A stretch of DNA of 64,000 nucleotides from Endomicrobium sp. (lineage in GTDB: Bacteria; Elusimicrobiota; Endomicrobiia; Endomicrobiales; Endomicrobiaceae): positions 7,281-71,280 of the forward strand of contig JAITPF010000006.1 in the NCBI GenBank assembly GCA_031289585.1, read 5' to 3'. A program made the translations under genes and the position numbers. The notes below the pieces were generated by a model. It was not told the origin of the DNA. It saw only the letters and a program-made list of their open reading frames with translations, and did not search any database. Positions 40,786-51,213 of the stretch are shown in pieces. Each line of letters begins with the position of its first letter. Position 1 is the stretch's first letter.

Positions 40786-41049
40786 GTGATTATTAAAGTC
40801 AGGGTGATACCAAACTCAAAAAGAAATGAAGTTGCAAGTAGAGTTGGTTCTATTTTACGAGTAAAAATTGTAGCTCCTGCTGTTGAAGGCAAAGCTAATG
40901 AAGAACTTTGTGATTTTTTATCTGATTTTTTTGATGTGAAAAGATCAATGATATTTTTAAGAAAAGGTGAAAGGGGCAGAGAAAAAACAATTGAAATTAC
41001 AGGTCGTTCAGAAGAAGAACTGGATGAAGTTTTAGATACAATACCTTAG
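40786..41049 (+). CDS. yggU: DUF167/YggU family protein
   Basis: VRVIPNSK, APAVEGKANEEL. Confidence 0.88.
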   Translation: MIIKVRVIPNSKRNEVASRVGSILRVKIVAPAVEGKANEELCDFLSDFFDVKRSMIFLRKGERGREKTIEITGRSEEELDEVLDTIP

Positions 41050-41100
41050 AAAATATGACTTTTGCGACTTAGATTTCCGTTTTCATGGGACAAAAAGGGA

Positions 41101-41363
41101 TTAGAGTTGTTAATACTAATAGGATGAAAGTGTTGCTTGGATTTTTTGAGGAAAAATTGACTATTTTGGGATAGGCGGCAATATTGAGACAGCCGAAATT
41201 TACCAAAAAGCTGTTATAGTTCGAAAGGTTATGACAAAAATAGCCAACTGTCGCTTTGCTCAAGATCCGTCAATAATTTTGTTATTGCTGTATTTTTTGT
41301 GCTTTGTATTTGGATATTTTTGTTCTTAACGCTTTTGCCTTTATTAGTGTGAACAGATTCTAA
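41101..41363 (+). mobile_element. MITE family B, full-length copy
   Basis: TTAGAGTTGTTAATACTAATAGG ... TTATTAGTGTGAACAGATTCTAA; internal homology to 58598-58837. Confidence 0.8.
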
Positions 41364-41394
41364 TCATAACAATAGTGTGAGGATAAGTAGAAAA

Positions 41395-44205
41395 ATGGAT
41401 GAAGAAAAAAATTATTCGAAAACTGTAAATTTGCCCAAAACAGATTTTCAGATGAAGGCAAATCTTTCACAGATGGAGCCTACTTTTGTCAAAGAGTGGG
41501 AAAAAGAACAGCTTTATGTTAAGATTTGTGAAAAAAATAAAAACAAAAAAAAGTTTATATTTCACGATGGACCTCCTTACGCAAATGCTCATATACATAT
41601 AGGAACTGGACTCAATAAAGTTTTGAAAGATTTTGTTATAAAGTATCGTTCTATGTCCGGAAGTTATGTGCCTTTTACTCCTGGATGGGACTGCCATGGT
41701 CTTCCTATTGAGCTTATTGCTTTAAAGGAAATGAAAGTTGATAAAAATAAGGTTGATCAGCTTGTTTTTAGAAAACAAGTTGCCGATTTTGCAAAAAAAT
41801 TTGTTGAAATACAGAAAAGTGAGTTTAAGAGACTTGGTGTTATAGCTGATTGGGAGCATCCCTATTTGACTTTAGATCCCAAATATGAAGCTTCTATTGT
41901 AAAAGTCTTTGGAAAATTGGCAAAAGAAGGATTTGTATATAGAAGAAAAAAGCCTGTTTATTGGTGTATGACATGTGAAACAGCTATGGCAGATGCTGAA
42001 GTTGAATATGCTGACCATAGTTCGGACTCTATTTTTGTGAAGTTTCAGATAATATCGCTTACGGAAGTGTTTAAAACTAAAGGAGAAGCATTATTAGAGG
42101 GTTTTTCCGTTTTGATATGGACAACAACTCCGTGGACGCTTCCTGCAAACGTTGCATTAGCGTTTAATGAGAAGTCTGATTATGTTGCTGCAATTTATAA
42201 ATTTGAAGATTCTAAAGAAGAAAAAGTTATAGTTGCAAAAGTTTTGGCTGAAAATGTTAAAAATAAAATAAAAGCTGTAAGTTTTGAGATTGTTTGGGAA
42301 GCTAAGGGTGTTGATTTTATAAATATAAAGTGCCAAAATCCATTAGTTGCAAATAAACAATCACAAGGTATTGTTGCTAAGTTTGTAAGCATGGAAGATG
42401 GAACAGGCATAGTGCATATAGCTCCGGGACATGGACAGGAAGATTATCAAGCAGGACTAGAATATGGTTTTGAAATTGTATCTCCTGTCAATGATAGAGG
42501 GTTATATACAAAAGAAGTTCCAGAATTTGAAAATGTCCATATTTTTAAGGCAAATCCTTTGATAATAGAGAAACTCGAAAAAGAAGGAAAAATTCTTGCG
42601 ACATTAAAAATAAATCATTCATATCCGCACTGTTGGAGATGTAAAAAACCCATAATTTTTAGAGCTACTCCTCAGTGGTTTTTGTCGGTTGAGCATGACA
42701 ACTTAAGAGAAAGACTTTTAGAATCTGTAAAGGATATTAATTGGATTCCAAAATACGGCGAAAACAGAATAACATCTATGTTGGAAAGTCGTCCAGATTG
42801 GTGTTTAAGTCGTCAGCGTTTATGGGGTGTTCCTATACCGGTTTTCTATTGTAAGGAATGCTGTGAGCCGCTTTTAAATATAAAAATAATTGATTCTATA
42901 TCAAGATTATTTGGCGAAAAAGGTTCAGACTCTTGGTTTGAGATGAACGAAGAAGAACTTTTAAAAGGAACAAATGCAAAATGTTCTTCATGTGGATCAA
43001 CGAGTTTTACAAAAGAAGAAGATATTTTGGATGTTTGGTTTGATTCTGGAGTTTCCTACGAAGCGGTTTTGTCAAGCGGTAATTATAAAGATTTAGAGTT
43101 TCCTGCAGATTTATATCTTGAAGGAAGCGATCAACATCGTGGATGGTTTCAAACATCTTTAATTCCATCTGTAGCAATAAAAGGGAAAACTCCGTATAAA
43201 AATGTTTTGACGCATGGTTTTATTGTTGATGGACATGGGAAGAAAATGTCAAAGTCAATTGGAAACTTTGTATCGAGTGAACAGATGATAAATAAATACG
43301 GAGCTGATGTAGTTCGTTTTTGGATAGCTTCAAGTGATTATAAAGAAGATATAAGAATATCTGACGAAATTATGAAAGGTTTGAGCGATGCTTATAGAAA
43401 AATAAGAAACACTATAAGATTTTTGCTCGGCAATATCTGGGATTTTGATTCAAAAAAAGCTTTGTCTTTTAAAGATATGCAGGAAATAGACAAATATGCG
43501 TTAAACAGATTACAACAGCTTATAACAAGCGTAGCGACTGCTTACGAAAGTTATGAGTTTCATAAAGCTGTGACTGCAATAAATAATTTTTGTACGGTAT
43601 TTTTAAGCGGGTTTTATCTTGATGCTTTAAAAGATATTCTTTACTGTGATAAAAAGGACAGTAAGGAAAGAATAAGCGCACAATCTACAATGTTTGAAAT
43701 TTGTTCCGTTATAATAAGACTTATATCACCTATACTTTCGTTTACCGCTGAAGAAGCGTGGAGAGAAATAAGAAAGTTACAGGTAAAGCCTGAACAATCT
43801 TTACTGCAGTCAGTTTTTCTTTCAGAATTTCCTATAGCTAACAGCAAATATATTCTTCAAGTCGAGATATTTGAAAAGTGGGAAAAAATACTTGATACAA
43901 GAAAAGAAGTATCGGCTGCTTATGAGAAATTGAGACAAAGTAAAGTTATAGGTTCAAATCTTGAAGCTTCGTTGAGTATAACTTATGGGCAAAAATATAA
44001 TGAGATTTTCAAAGATTTAAAACTTGTAAATTTGACTCTTGGCAGTTGGGATATAAAATATAATCTTTCTGATAAAGAAGATGAATTACATATAGAAGCT
44101 GCTAAGTCAGATTACGAAAAATGTGTAAGATGTTGGAGACATATTGATGATGTAAAAGATACATTATGCCCAAGATGCAGAGATGTTATTAGTGTGAACC
44201 TCTAA
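41395..44205 (+). CDS. ileS: Isoleucine--tRNA ligase (type 1)
   Basis: HDGPPYAN.HIHIG, WTTTPWT, EGSDQHRGWF, KMSKS, C-terminal Zn finger CVRCW...CPRC. Confidence 0.98.
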   Translation: MDEEKNYSKTVNLPKTDFQMKANLSQMEPTFVKEWEKEQLYVKICEKNKNKKKFIFHDGPPYANAHIHIGTGLNKVLKDFVIKYRSMSGSYVPFTPGWDCHGLPIELIALKEMKVDKNKVDQLVFRKQVADFAKKFVEIQKSEFKRLGVIADWEHPYLTLDPKYEASIVKVFGKLAKEGFVYRRKKPVYWCMTCETAMADAEVEYADHSSDSIFVKFQIISLTEVFKTKGEALLEGFSVLIWTTTPWTLPANVALAFNEKSDYVAAIYKFEDSKEEKVIVAKVLAENVKNKIKAVSFEIVWEAKGVDFINIKCQNPLVANKQSQGIVAKFVSMEDGTGIVHIAPGHGQEDYQAGLEYGFEIVSPVNDRGLYTKEVPEFENVHIFKANPLIIEKLEKEGKILATLKINHSYPHCWRCKKPIIFRATPQWFLSVEHDNLRERLLESVKDINWIPKYGENRITSMLESRPDWCLSRQRLWGVPIPVFYCKECCEPLLNIKIIDSISRLFGEKGSDSWFEMNEEELLKGTNAKCSSCGSTSFTKEEDILDVWFDSGVSYEAVLSSGNYKDLEFPADLYLEGSDQHRGWFQTSLIPSVAIKGKTPYKNVLTHGFIVDGHGKKMSKSIGNFVSSEQMINKYGADVVRFWIASSDYKEDIRISDEIMKGLSDAYRKIRNTIRFLLGNIWDFDSKKALSFKDMQEIDKYALNRLQQLITSVATAYESYEFHKAVTAINNFCTVFLSGFYLDALKDILYCDKKDSKERISAQSTMFEICSVIIRLISPILSFTAEEAWREIRKLQVKPEQSLLQSVFLSEFPIANSKYILQVEIFEKWEKILDTRKEVSAAYEKLRQSKVIGSNLEASLSITYGQKYNEIFKDLKLVNLTLGSWDIKYNLSDKEDELHIEAAKSDYEKCVRCWRHIDDVKDTLCPRCRDVISVNL

Positions 44206-44307
44206 ATATAAGTATTTTTCTTCTTTGATTAAGTTGAAAGTGTGTTATACGTATGGTAAATGGTAACCCTGAAGTTTTATGGCAATTATAAAATATTAGA
44301 GTGTCAA

Positions 44308-44402
44308 TGTCGTTATTGCGAGGAGAGGCAAAGTATCGACGAAGCAATCTGCGTTGTTCAACGGAAAGATTGCCACAACCCTTCGGGCTTCGCAATGACA
44401 GC
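44308..44402. repeat. REP-like family A doublet
   Basis: TTATTGCGAGG...CGAAGCAATCT-spacer-AGATTGCCAC-AACCCTTCGGGCT-TCGCAATGAC. Confidence 0.8.
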
Positions 44403-44582
44403 TCTTTTTAAAGTGAGTTGATGACGGTAAAAACTAACGACACAATTGATTTATCAGAATTTTATCACTCTTTGCATTTGATAGTTCTTTTCAATTGGGT
44501 TGATGATAGGATTGTAAAATTCTGATTGTCATTGTTTCACTAGGGTTGTTGTTTTCAATAAACATTTAATAAAGGTTAAAAA

Positions 44583-45605
44583 ATGGATGAAGTAAAAAGA
44601 GTGGTTGAAGCTTCAAAACTTATTGAAGAAGATAAAACAGAGAACTCTTTAAGACCGCAGAGTTTAGATGATTTTATAGGTCAGGACAAACTGAAAAATA
44701 ATCTTAAAGTTTTTATAGAAGCTGCAAAAAAAAGAAATGAGTCTTTAGATCATTGCTTGTTTTATGCTCCGCCAGGACTTGGCAAAACTACTCTTTCTCA
44801 TATAATTGCAAAAGAAATGGGTGGCAATTTAAGAATAACATCGGGACCTGTTTTGGAAAGAGTTGGAGATTTAGCGGCAATACTTACAAACTTTTCTGAA
44901 GGCGATATATTTTTTATAGATGAAATCCATAGAATGAATCATCTTGTAGAAGAGTCTTTATATCCAGTAATGGAAGATTTTGAACTTGATATTATAATAG
45001 GACAAGGACCTTCGGCAAAAACAATCAAGCTGCCTATTGCTCATTTTACATTAATAGGTGCAACAACAAGAGCGGGACTTTTATCAAGTCCATTAAGAGA
45101 TAGGTTTGGAATCATAGAGCATTTGGATTTTTACAATATGAAAGAACTTATACATATAGTTAACCGTTCTGCTTCGATAATGAATATTGCTATTGACGAA
45201 GATGCAAGCGAAGAAATTGCAAGACGTTCAAGAGGAACGCCTAGAATTGTAAATAGACTTTTAAAAAGAGTGCGAGATTTTGCTGAAATAAGAGGCGGCA
45301 AAATTACGTGCGATATAGCAAAAGAAGCGCTTAATGCATTAGAGGTTGATAATGCAGGACTTGATAAAATTGATAGGCTAATCCTTACAACTTTAATTAA
45401 AAAATTCGGAGGCGGTCCTGTAGGTGTCGATACTATTGCGATAGCTATATCGGAAGAGTCAGATACTATAACAGATGTTTATGAGCCTTATCTTATACAA
45501 TCTGGTTTTATTACAAGAACCCCAAGAGGCAGAGTTGCTACTGAAATTGGCTATAAACATATCGGTATTGAACATCCCCAAAACTTACAAAAAGAGCTTC
45601 TTTAA
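44583..45605 (+). CDS. ruvB: Holliday junction branch-migration motor
   Basis: [38 protein letters not shown]. Confidence 0.97.
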   Translation: MDEVKRVVEASKLIEEDKTENSLRPQSLDDFIGQDKLKNNLKVFIEAAKKRNESLDHCLFYAPPGLGKTTLSHIIAKEMGGNLRITSGPVLERVGDLAAILTNFSEGDIFFIDEIHRMNHLVEESLYPVMEDFELDIIIGQGPSAKTIKLPIAHFTLIGATTRAGLLSSPLRDRFGIIEHLDFYNMKELIHIVNRSASIMNIAIDEDASEEIARRSRGTPRIVNRLLKRVRDFAEIRGGKITCDIAKEALNALEVDNAGLDKIDRLILTTLIKKFGGGPVGVDTIAIAISEESDTITDVYEPYLIQSGFITRTPRGRVATEIGYKHIGIEHPQNLQKELL

Positions 45606-45606
45606 T

Positions 45607-46149
45607 ATGAAAAAAGTTTTACTTCATATTTGTTGCGCTCCATGCTCAGCGTCTGCAGTAAAAATGATTAGTAATGAATACAATATTTCTTTCTACTGGT
45701 ATAATCCTAATATTTATGATGTACAAGAATATAAAAACAGAAAAGATGCAGCAATAAAATATGCAAAAGAATTAAATATTTCGTTTTTTGATGAAAAAGA
45801 ATTCTCTTATAATTATGATGATTGGAAAAATAAAACTTCTGAAATGTGCAATTTTTGTTATATGTCAAGACTAGAAAAAATTGCAGTTTATGCACAGCAA
45901 AATAAGTTTGACTATTTTTCTACTTCACTTCTATCAAGTCCATATCAAAAACACGATTTGATCAAACAAATTGCAGGTGATTTAGCTGATAAATATAAAA
46001 CAGCTTTTTTATATATAGACTTTAGAACTGGATTTTATGAAGGCAAAAATTCTTTAAGAAAAAAAGGATATTATATGCAGAAATATTGCGGTTGTAATAA
46101 ATCACTGAATGAAAGGTTGAGCTTGCATAAGAAAAAGAATTGCAAATAA
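45607..46149 (+). CDS. queH: Epoxyqueuosine reductase QueH (DUF208)
   Basis: LLHICCAPC, YNPNI, C..CY..RL, SPYQ, YMQKYCGC; start moved to ATG 45607. Confidence 0.9.
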   Translation: MKKVLLHICCAPCSASAVKMISNEYNISFYWYNPNIYDVQEYKNRKDAAIKYAKELNISFFDEKEFSYNYDDWKNKTSEMCNFCYMSRLEKIAVYAQQNKFDYFSTSLLSSPYQKHDLIKQIAGDLADKYKTAFLYIDFRTGFYEGKNSLRKKGYYMQKYCGCNKSLNERLSLHKKKNCK

Positions 46150-46150
46150 A

Positions 46151-47278
46151 ATGAAGAATAACTTTATTTTAATATTAATAATATCATTATTTATATATTA
46201 TAATGTTTATGCAGTTGACGCTGTAAAAAAAAATATAAGTGTTGGCATAATAATTGATGTTTCTTCTTTTACGACCGGGTGTGCAAAAGATTTTGTTATT
46301 TCTGACGTATCTAACAAAAAATTGAAGTTTACCAAAGGCTCTATAAGAGTTTCTTGCTCTGAAAAAGGAGTATGTATAGATAAATATATTTTATCGTTAC
46401 CTATAAAAATAGAATCTTCAAATGGCATTATTTTTGCTGATTCTAAACCTTATAGAGGATATTTAACAGTAAAAAAAGCGAAGAATAAAATAAATGTTAT
46501 TAACGTTTTAGCTATAGAAGATTATTTAAAAGGAGTTTTGCCTAAAGAAGCCGTCTGTGATTGGCCAGTAGAAGCGTTAAAAGTGCAAGCCTTAATAAGC
46601 AGAACGTATTCTATTGCAAATTTAAATAGACATTTAACTCAAGGTTTTGACGTATGCTCTACAACTCATTGTCAGGTTTATGGTGGAGCAGGTGTTGAAG
46701 CTGGTTCCTGTAATAAAGCAATTTTAGATACTCGATGTGAAGTTTTAACTTATGATGGAAAATTTGCTCAGACAGTTTTCCATGCAATTTGTGGTGGACA
46801 TACCGAAAATCCAAAATATGTATGGAATTGGAAAGATACTCCTACCTATTTAAAAGGTGTAAAATGTGGTTATTGTACTGCAATTCAGAATGCAAAATGG
46901 GAAAAAACAGTAGATGAAAGTTTTATAAGAGAAAAGCTTTTAAATAATGATATTGGAATAATTAAAAAAATTAAAATTAAAGGAAAGACTCCCACAGGAT
47001 CTGCAAAGGAATTGGAAATATTACATTCTAAAGGGAAACTTAGATTAAATGCTTATCAATTTAGACTTGCAGTTGATGCTTGGCAAAAAAAAAGCCATGT
47101 TTTTAATTCTATAAAAAAAATTGGAGATAAATTTTATTTTAAAGGCAAAGGTTGGGGACATAAAGTAGGCTTATGCCAATGGGGCGCTAAAAGAATGGCG
47201 GAAAAAGGTAAAATCTATAAAAAAATTTTATACCACTTTTATCCAGGAACAAAAATTGAAAATGTGATTTATAAATAA
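46151..47278 (+). CDS. SpoIID/LytB-domain lytic transglycosylase
   Basis: YRG, EDYLKGVLPKE, EALKVQA...RTY, CQVY, GWGHKVGLCQWGA, FYPG. Confidence 0.9.
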   Translation: MKNNFILILIISLFIYYNVYAVDAVKKNISVGIIIDVSSFTTGCAKDFVISDVSNKKLKFTKGSIRVSCSEKGVCIDKYILSLPIKIESSNGIIFADSKPYRGYLTVKKAKNKINVINVLAIEDYLKGVLPKEAVCDWPVEALKVQALISRTYSIANLNRHLTQGFDVCSTTHCQVYGGAGVEAGSCNKAILDTRCEVLTYDGKFAQTVFHAICGGHTENPKYVWNWKDTPTYLKGVKCGYCTAIQNAKWEKTVDESFIREKLLNNDIGIIKKIKIKGKTPTGSAKELEILHSKGKLRLNAYQFRLAVDAWQKKSHVFNSIKKIGDKFYFKGKGWGHKVGLCQWGAKRMAEKGKIYKKILYHFYPGTKIENVIYK

Positions 47279-47330
47279 AAAATAGAGTTTAGGTTAGACC
47301 TAAAATAATGTTTATAAGGAATCATTATAA

Positions 47331-48404
47331 ATGATAGATAATGACAATCTTTTATCTAATTACAACTATGAAATTCCAAAAGAATTAATTGCGCAAAAGC
47401 CAGTTGAAAATAGACAAGATTCAAGGCTTTTTGTTATCGATAGAAAAATACAAGAATTTTATCATAAAAAATTTTCTAACATTATTGAATATTTTAGTAC
47501 AGGAGATTGTCTTATAATAAATAATACTAAAGTAGTCCCATCAAGACTTTTCGGTAAGAGAGTTAGCGGTGGAAAAGTGGAAATAATGTTTCTTGACCCG
47601 TGTCAAAAGAATGAAGAATATAAAGTTTTAATTAAACCTTTTATAGGTATCGGGGGAAAAGTATATTTTGAAGACGATTATGAATGTGAAATAATATCAA
47701 AAACAGAGTTAGGGGAAACTATAGTTAAGTTTAACAAGCCCGGAATTTTTAAATTTTTACAAAAATATGGCATAATGCCGTTGCCACCTTATATAAACAG
47801 AAAAGGAATACTTGCGCAAGAATTGTCAGACTTCGATAGACAAAGATATCAAACAGTTTACGCCAAAACTTTAGGAGCTATTGCAGCTCCTACTGCTGGG
47901 CTTCATTTTACTGAAAACATTTTACAAACTCTTAAAGAAAAAGGTGTGCATGTTGCTGCATTAACTCTTCACGTAGGCTGGGGAACTTTTAAATCTATAA
48001 CTGCTGAGAAACTAAATAACCACAGTATGCTTCCTGAAAAATTTGCTATAGATAAAACAAATGTGGAAATTATAAATTCAGCAATACAAAATAATAAGCG
48101 AATAGTTGCTGTTGGAACCACTTCGGTAAGAGCAATTGAATCTATTGCCGACAGAGTCGGATTTTTAAGAAGCGGCAAAATTTTTATAAAAGAATACTTT
48201 GGTGAAACTTCAATTTTTATATATCCGAGTTATAAATTTAAAATAATAAATACTTTAATTACCAATCTTCATTTGCCAAAATCAACGCCTCTTATGATGG
48301 CGAGTGCTTTCTCTTCAAGAAAAACTATGCTTAAAGCATATAAAGAAGCCATACAAGAAAAATATAGATTTTTCTCTTACGGCGACTCAATGCTTATTTT
48401 ATAA
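47331..48404 (+). CDS. queA: SAM:tRNA ribosyltransferase-isomerase
   Basis: ELIAQ.P, PLPPYI, RYQTVYA, AAPTAGLHF, VGTT, RFFSYGD. Confidence 0.96.
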   Translation: MIDNDNLLSNYNYEIPKELIAQKPVENRQDSRLFVIDRKIQEFYHKKFSNIIEYFSTGDCLIINNTKVVPSRLFGKRVSGGKVEIMFLDPCQKNEEYKVLIKPFIGIGGKVYFEDDYECEIISKTELGETIVKFNKPGIFKFLQKYGIMPLPPYINRKGILAQELSDFDRQRYQTVYAKTLGAIAAPTAGLHFTENILQTLKEKGVHVAALTLHVGWGTFKSITAEKLNNHSMLPEKFAIDKTNVEIINSAIQNNKRIVAVGTTSVRAIESIADRVGFLRSGKIFIKEYFGETSIFIYPSYKFKIINTLITNLHLPKSTPLMMASAFSSRKTMLKAYKEAIQEKYRFFSYGDSMLIL

Positions 48405-48515
48405 TAAATTTATAATGTCCTTGTTTTTTTCTCGTTATCATTTATTGTGTTATTTTGCTTATCTTAAAATTCCCCAAATATACAATTTGGCAATCTTTTT
48501 CTTTTTTAAATGATG

Positions 48516-48550
48516 TAGATTGCTTTGTCAGGACTTTGTCCTTGCTTACA
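48516..48550. repeat. REP-like family A remnant
   Basis: AGATTGCTTTGTCAGGACTTTGTCCTT matches 1446-1472. Confidence 0.6.
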
Positions 48551-48609
48551 ATAGGCGTAATAATTAAAAAGTGTTGCTAAAAATGCTCAAAAAGTTCTTA
48601 AATACATAA

Positions 48610-48639
48610 TTGATAAATTTTCATATAATTTGGTAAAAT
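48610..48639 (+). promoter_or_regulatory. Promoter predicting a leaderless transcript for the CpXC operon
   Basis: TTGATA-18 nt-(TGg)TAAAAT, then 6 nt to the ATG at 48646; no SD. Confidence 0.5.
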
Positions 48640-48645
48640 TTATAT

Positions 48646-49290
48646 ATGACGATATCAAATATTGAAGAAATTAAGTGTCCTAACGGGCATATCTTTGAAG
48701 CGCAGTTACTTTCTGCAATAAGTATTTCAGAAAATCCAGAATTAAAAGAAGTGTTAATAGCAGGAGAAATTAATCTTGTATCTTGCCCAGAATGTGGCGA
48801 GATGTTTTATGCTGAATGTTTTATTCTTTATCACGATAGCAAAAATGAACTTATAGCTTTTGTATATCCATTAAGTTTTCAAAATCAAGCAGCACAATGT
48901 AAAATGAAAATGTGTAAAGAATTTGAGCTTGCGTTAGAAAATTTTGAAGAGAAACAGAAAATAAAATATGAACCACTTTTACTGTTTGGTATTGAAGATT
49001 TAATTATATTGCTACGTTCCGAACAAGATATTGAAGATGAAGAAATGATTTTGAAATATCTTGCCTCAAAGATATTATTAGATACTATTAAAATTGTTCC
49101 AAGTCTTGCCAGAAAATTAGGAATTCCGAAGGTCCTTCCAGTTCCAAAAGGTGAAAAGAGCATTGAGACAAAATCTTTGATTTCTGGCTTACAAATTCTT
49201 ATAAAACATAATGCCAATCTTCAGCATTACATTGAATTCCTTGATAAAATATCAAAACATAAAACAATTATAGCAGATCTAAAAAAATGA
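48646..49290 (+). CDS. CpXC-domain protein
   Basis: CPNGH.F....ISISENPELKE.LI.GEIN.VSCPECG...LYHD. Confidence 0.75.
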   Translation: MTISNIEEIKCPNGHIFEAQLLSAISISENPELKEVLIAGEINLVSCPECGEMFYAECFILYHDSKNELIAFVYPLSFQNQAAQCKMKMCKEFELALENFEEKQKIKYEPLLLFGIEDLIILLRSEQDIEDEEMILKYLASKILLDTIKIVPSLARKLGIPKVLPVPKGEKSIETKSLISGLQILIKHNANLQHYIEFLDKISKHKTIIADLKK

Positions 49291-49853
49291 CATTGACTAA
49301 GGTTTTCTTTGCCATAGTTATTTCTTTGGTGTTTTGCTCATATATTTGTGCTGAATTAAAAGTTACTAAAATTATCAAAGGCAATCAATCCTTTGATATA
49401 ATTCTAAATGATGATATTAAACTTTCAAATATATCTTTAAAAAATAATAATATTGAATTACCTGTATATATAAGTAAAAATAAAACCTATAAACAATTAG
49501 GCATTTTAAGAAGAGAATTTAGACAATATCTTGTCAACTCTTTATCTCAAAATAAAATGTCTTCAAAAACTGAAAATACTACATTTAAAATCAACAAACT
49601 TTCTCCCTTAAAAAAACATCCAACAATAAAAGCTTTTACCTCCGTAATTTTTAACAATGATATTGAAGTTGGGTGTCGTATTATGCAAGGTAAAAATGGC
49701 TTATGGATTGCGTGGCCTTCTAATAAGAAAGGTGATGTATGGATAAAAGAATTTAAATTTATAAATAAAGATTTAAAAAAAATGGTTGAAAAAAAGTTGA
49801 TTAGCAGCTATACTTCTATTGTAAATAGTTATGATAAAACAAAAAGTAAGTAA
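49287..49853 (+). CDS. Signal-peptide protein with tandem SpoVG-like domains
   Basis: Second half IKAFTSVIFNND.EV.CRIMQGKNGLWIAWPSNK...FIN.DLK..VE..LI..Y resembles SpoVG; first half is a weaker repeat; N-terminal hydrophobic signal. Confidence 0.6.
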   Translation: MTLTKVFFAIVISLVFCSYICAELKVTKIIKGNQSFDIILNDDIKLSNISLKNNNIELPVYISKNKTYKQLGILRREFRQYLVNSLSQNKMSSKTENTTFKINKLSPLKKHPTIKAFTSVIFNNDIEVGCRIMQGKNGLWIAWPSNKKGDVWIKEFKFINKDLKKMVEKKLISSYTSIVNSYDKTKSK

Positions 49854-51213
49854 AGATATTTTAGATATTATTTCAAATGTAGGACTGCCTATTCTTGCGG
49901 GTGTCTTTTTTGTTGTTTGGATTATAAATTTACTTGTTCATCCAGTAATTAATTTCCCTCTAATTGCAATTCCTATAATTGTCCTCTATTATTTTTCTGG
50001 AAATATTTATAGTGGTATTATTACTGTTTTTGCTGTTGTTACAGGTACTTTGGATATTACATTTTTTATAGAACAAAAGTCTGAAGTAATACTTGTATTT
50101 CTTGAGGCTATAGCTGTGGTGTGTTTATATTTAATTCTTGAAATGTATAAAAATAAATATGTTTCGATAAAAAACAGGTTTTTTGAGGAATATGAAACGC
50201 TTGATAGAGAAATTACATTGGAATGTTCTGAAATATCAAAAAATAAAAAAAGAATTGAATATTTGACGCAGTATATAAAATTTTTCAAAAAAATAGGAAG
50301 AACTCTGCAATCATTTCAGACTTCGCTTAGTGAAAAAGAAATTATAGAAAAATCTGAATATATTGCATATAAATTTATGGGTAAAGGTACTTGGGAGTTA
50401 AAGAAGTACAGTGATAATAATGTTTTTGCTTTTTATGTAAGAAAGACGTCTTTGCCATTGTTAATTACAGATATGTCGTCTGATGAAAGATTTCCATCAG
50501 GGCAAAAATATAAACAAATGTCACTTATTGCGTTTCCTATTGAATTTAATAGAATTTTCTGGGGAATACTCCAGGGAACTTCGTATGTAAAAAATTTCTT
50601 TTCTGAAGAAGATTTACGTCATTTGTCATTATTATCAGGCACAATAAGCACAGTCTTAAATAATTCTTATTTGTATAAGGAGCTGCAAACTCTTGCAGTT
50701 ACAGACGGATTAACCGGACTTTTTACTCATAATTATTTTAAAGAAAGATTGAAAGGAGAAATCAGTCGTTCAAACAGCAATAAGTTATCACTATCATTAG
50801 GACTATTAGATATAGATTTTTTTAAAGATATTAATGATAAATACGGACATCAGGCAGGAGATTCTATTTTGCATCAAATTTCCTTGCTTTTGCGAGCAAG
50901 GTTGAGAGAGACAGATTTTATTGCAAGATATGGTGGTGAAGAATTTGCTTTTATAATGCTCAATACAAATTCAAGAGAAGCAGCAAAAATTTTGGAGCAG
51001 ATACGTTTAACTATAGAACAGGAACGGTTTTTCTTGCCAGTAGAAAGTTTAACTCCGGTTCGGGTGAAAATAACGTCAAGCATAGGTTTTGTTTCACTCG
51101 ATAAAAACTGTTTCATTTCTGAAGAAGAATTTATAAAAAATGCAGATGCAGCTTTGTATAAAGCGAAACACTCTGGAAGAAATAAGGTTGAAGAATTTTT
51201 AAATGAAAAATAA
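49831..51213 (+). CDS. Membrane-anchored GAF-GGDEF diguanylate cyclase
   Basis: N-terminal TM segments, coiled coil, GAF-like region, DGLTGL, DIDFFK.IND.YGH.AGD, RETD I-site, RYGGEEF. Confidence 0.92.
   Translation: MIKQKVSKDILDIISNVGLPILAGVFFVVWIINLLVHPVINFPLIAIPIIVLYYFSGNIYSGIITVFAVVTGTLDITFFIEQKSEVILVFLEAIAVVCLYLILEMYKNKYVSIKNRFFEEYETLDREITLECSEISKNKKRIEYLTQYIKFFKKIGRTLQSFQTSLSEKEIIEKSEYIAYKFMGKGTWELKKYSDNNVFAFYVRKTSLPLLITDMSSDERFPSGQKYKQMSLIAFPIEFNRIFWGILQGTSYVKNFFSEEDLRHLSLLSGTISTVLNNSYLYKELQTLAVTDGLTGLFTHNYFKERLKGEISRSNSNKLSLSLGLLDIDFFKDINDKYGHQAGDSILHQISLLLRARLRETDFIARYGGEEFAFIMLNTNSREAAKILEQIRLTIEQERFFLPVESLTPVRVKITSSIGFVSLDKNCFISEEEFIKNADAALYKAKHSGRNKVEEFLNEK

Noticed and set aside
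41050-41394. T-box leader for ileS
   Set aside because: No GGTGG.ACC T-box motif; the space is occupied by a MITE
44403-44582. ruvA remnant upstream of ruvB
   Set aside because: Only a VSLG tetrapeptide resembles RuvA; many stops and too weak to support
45475-45606. N-terminal extension of queH overlapping ruvB
   Set aside because: Family homology begins at MKKVLLHICC (ATG 45607); the extension is an ORF-calling artefact
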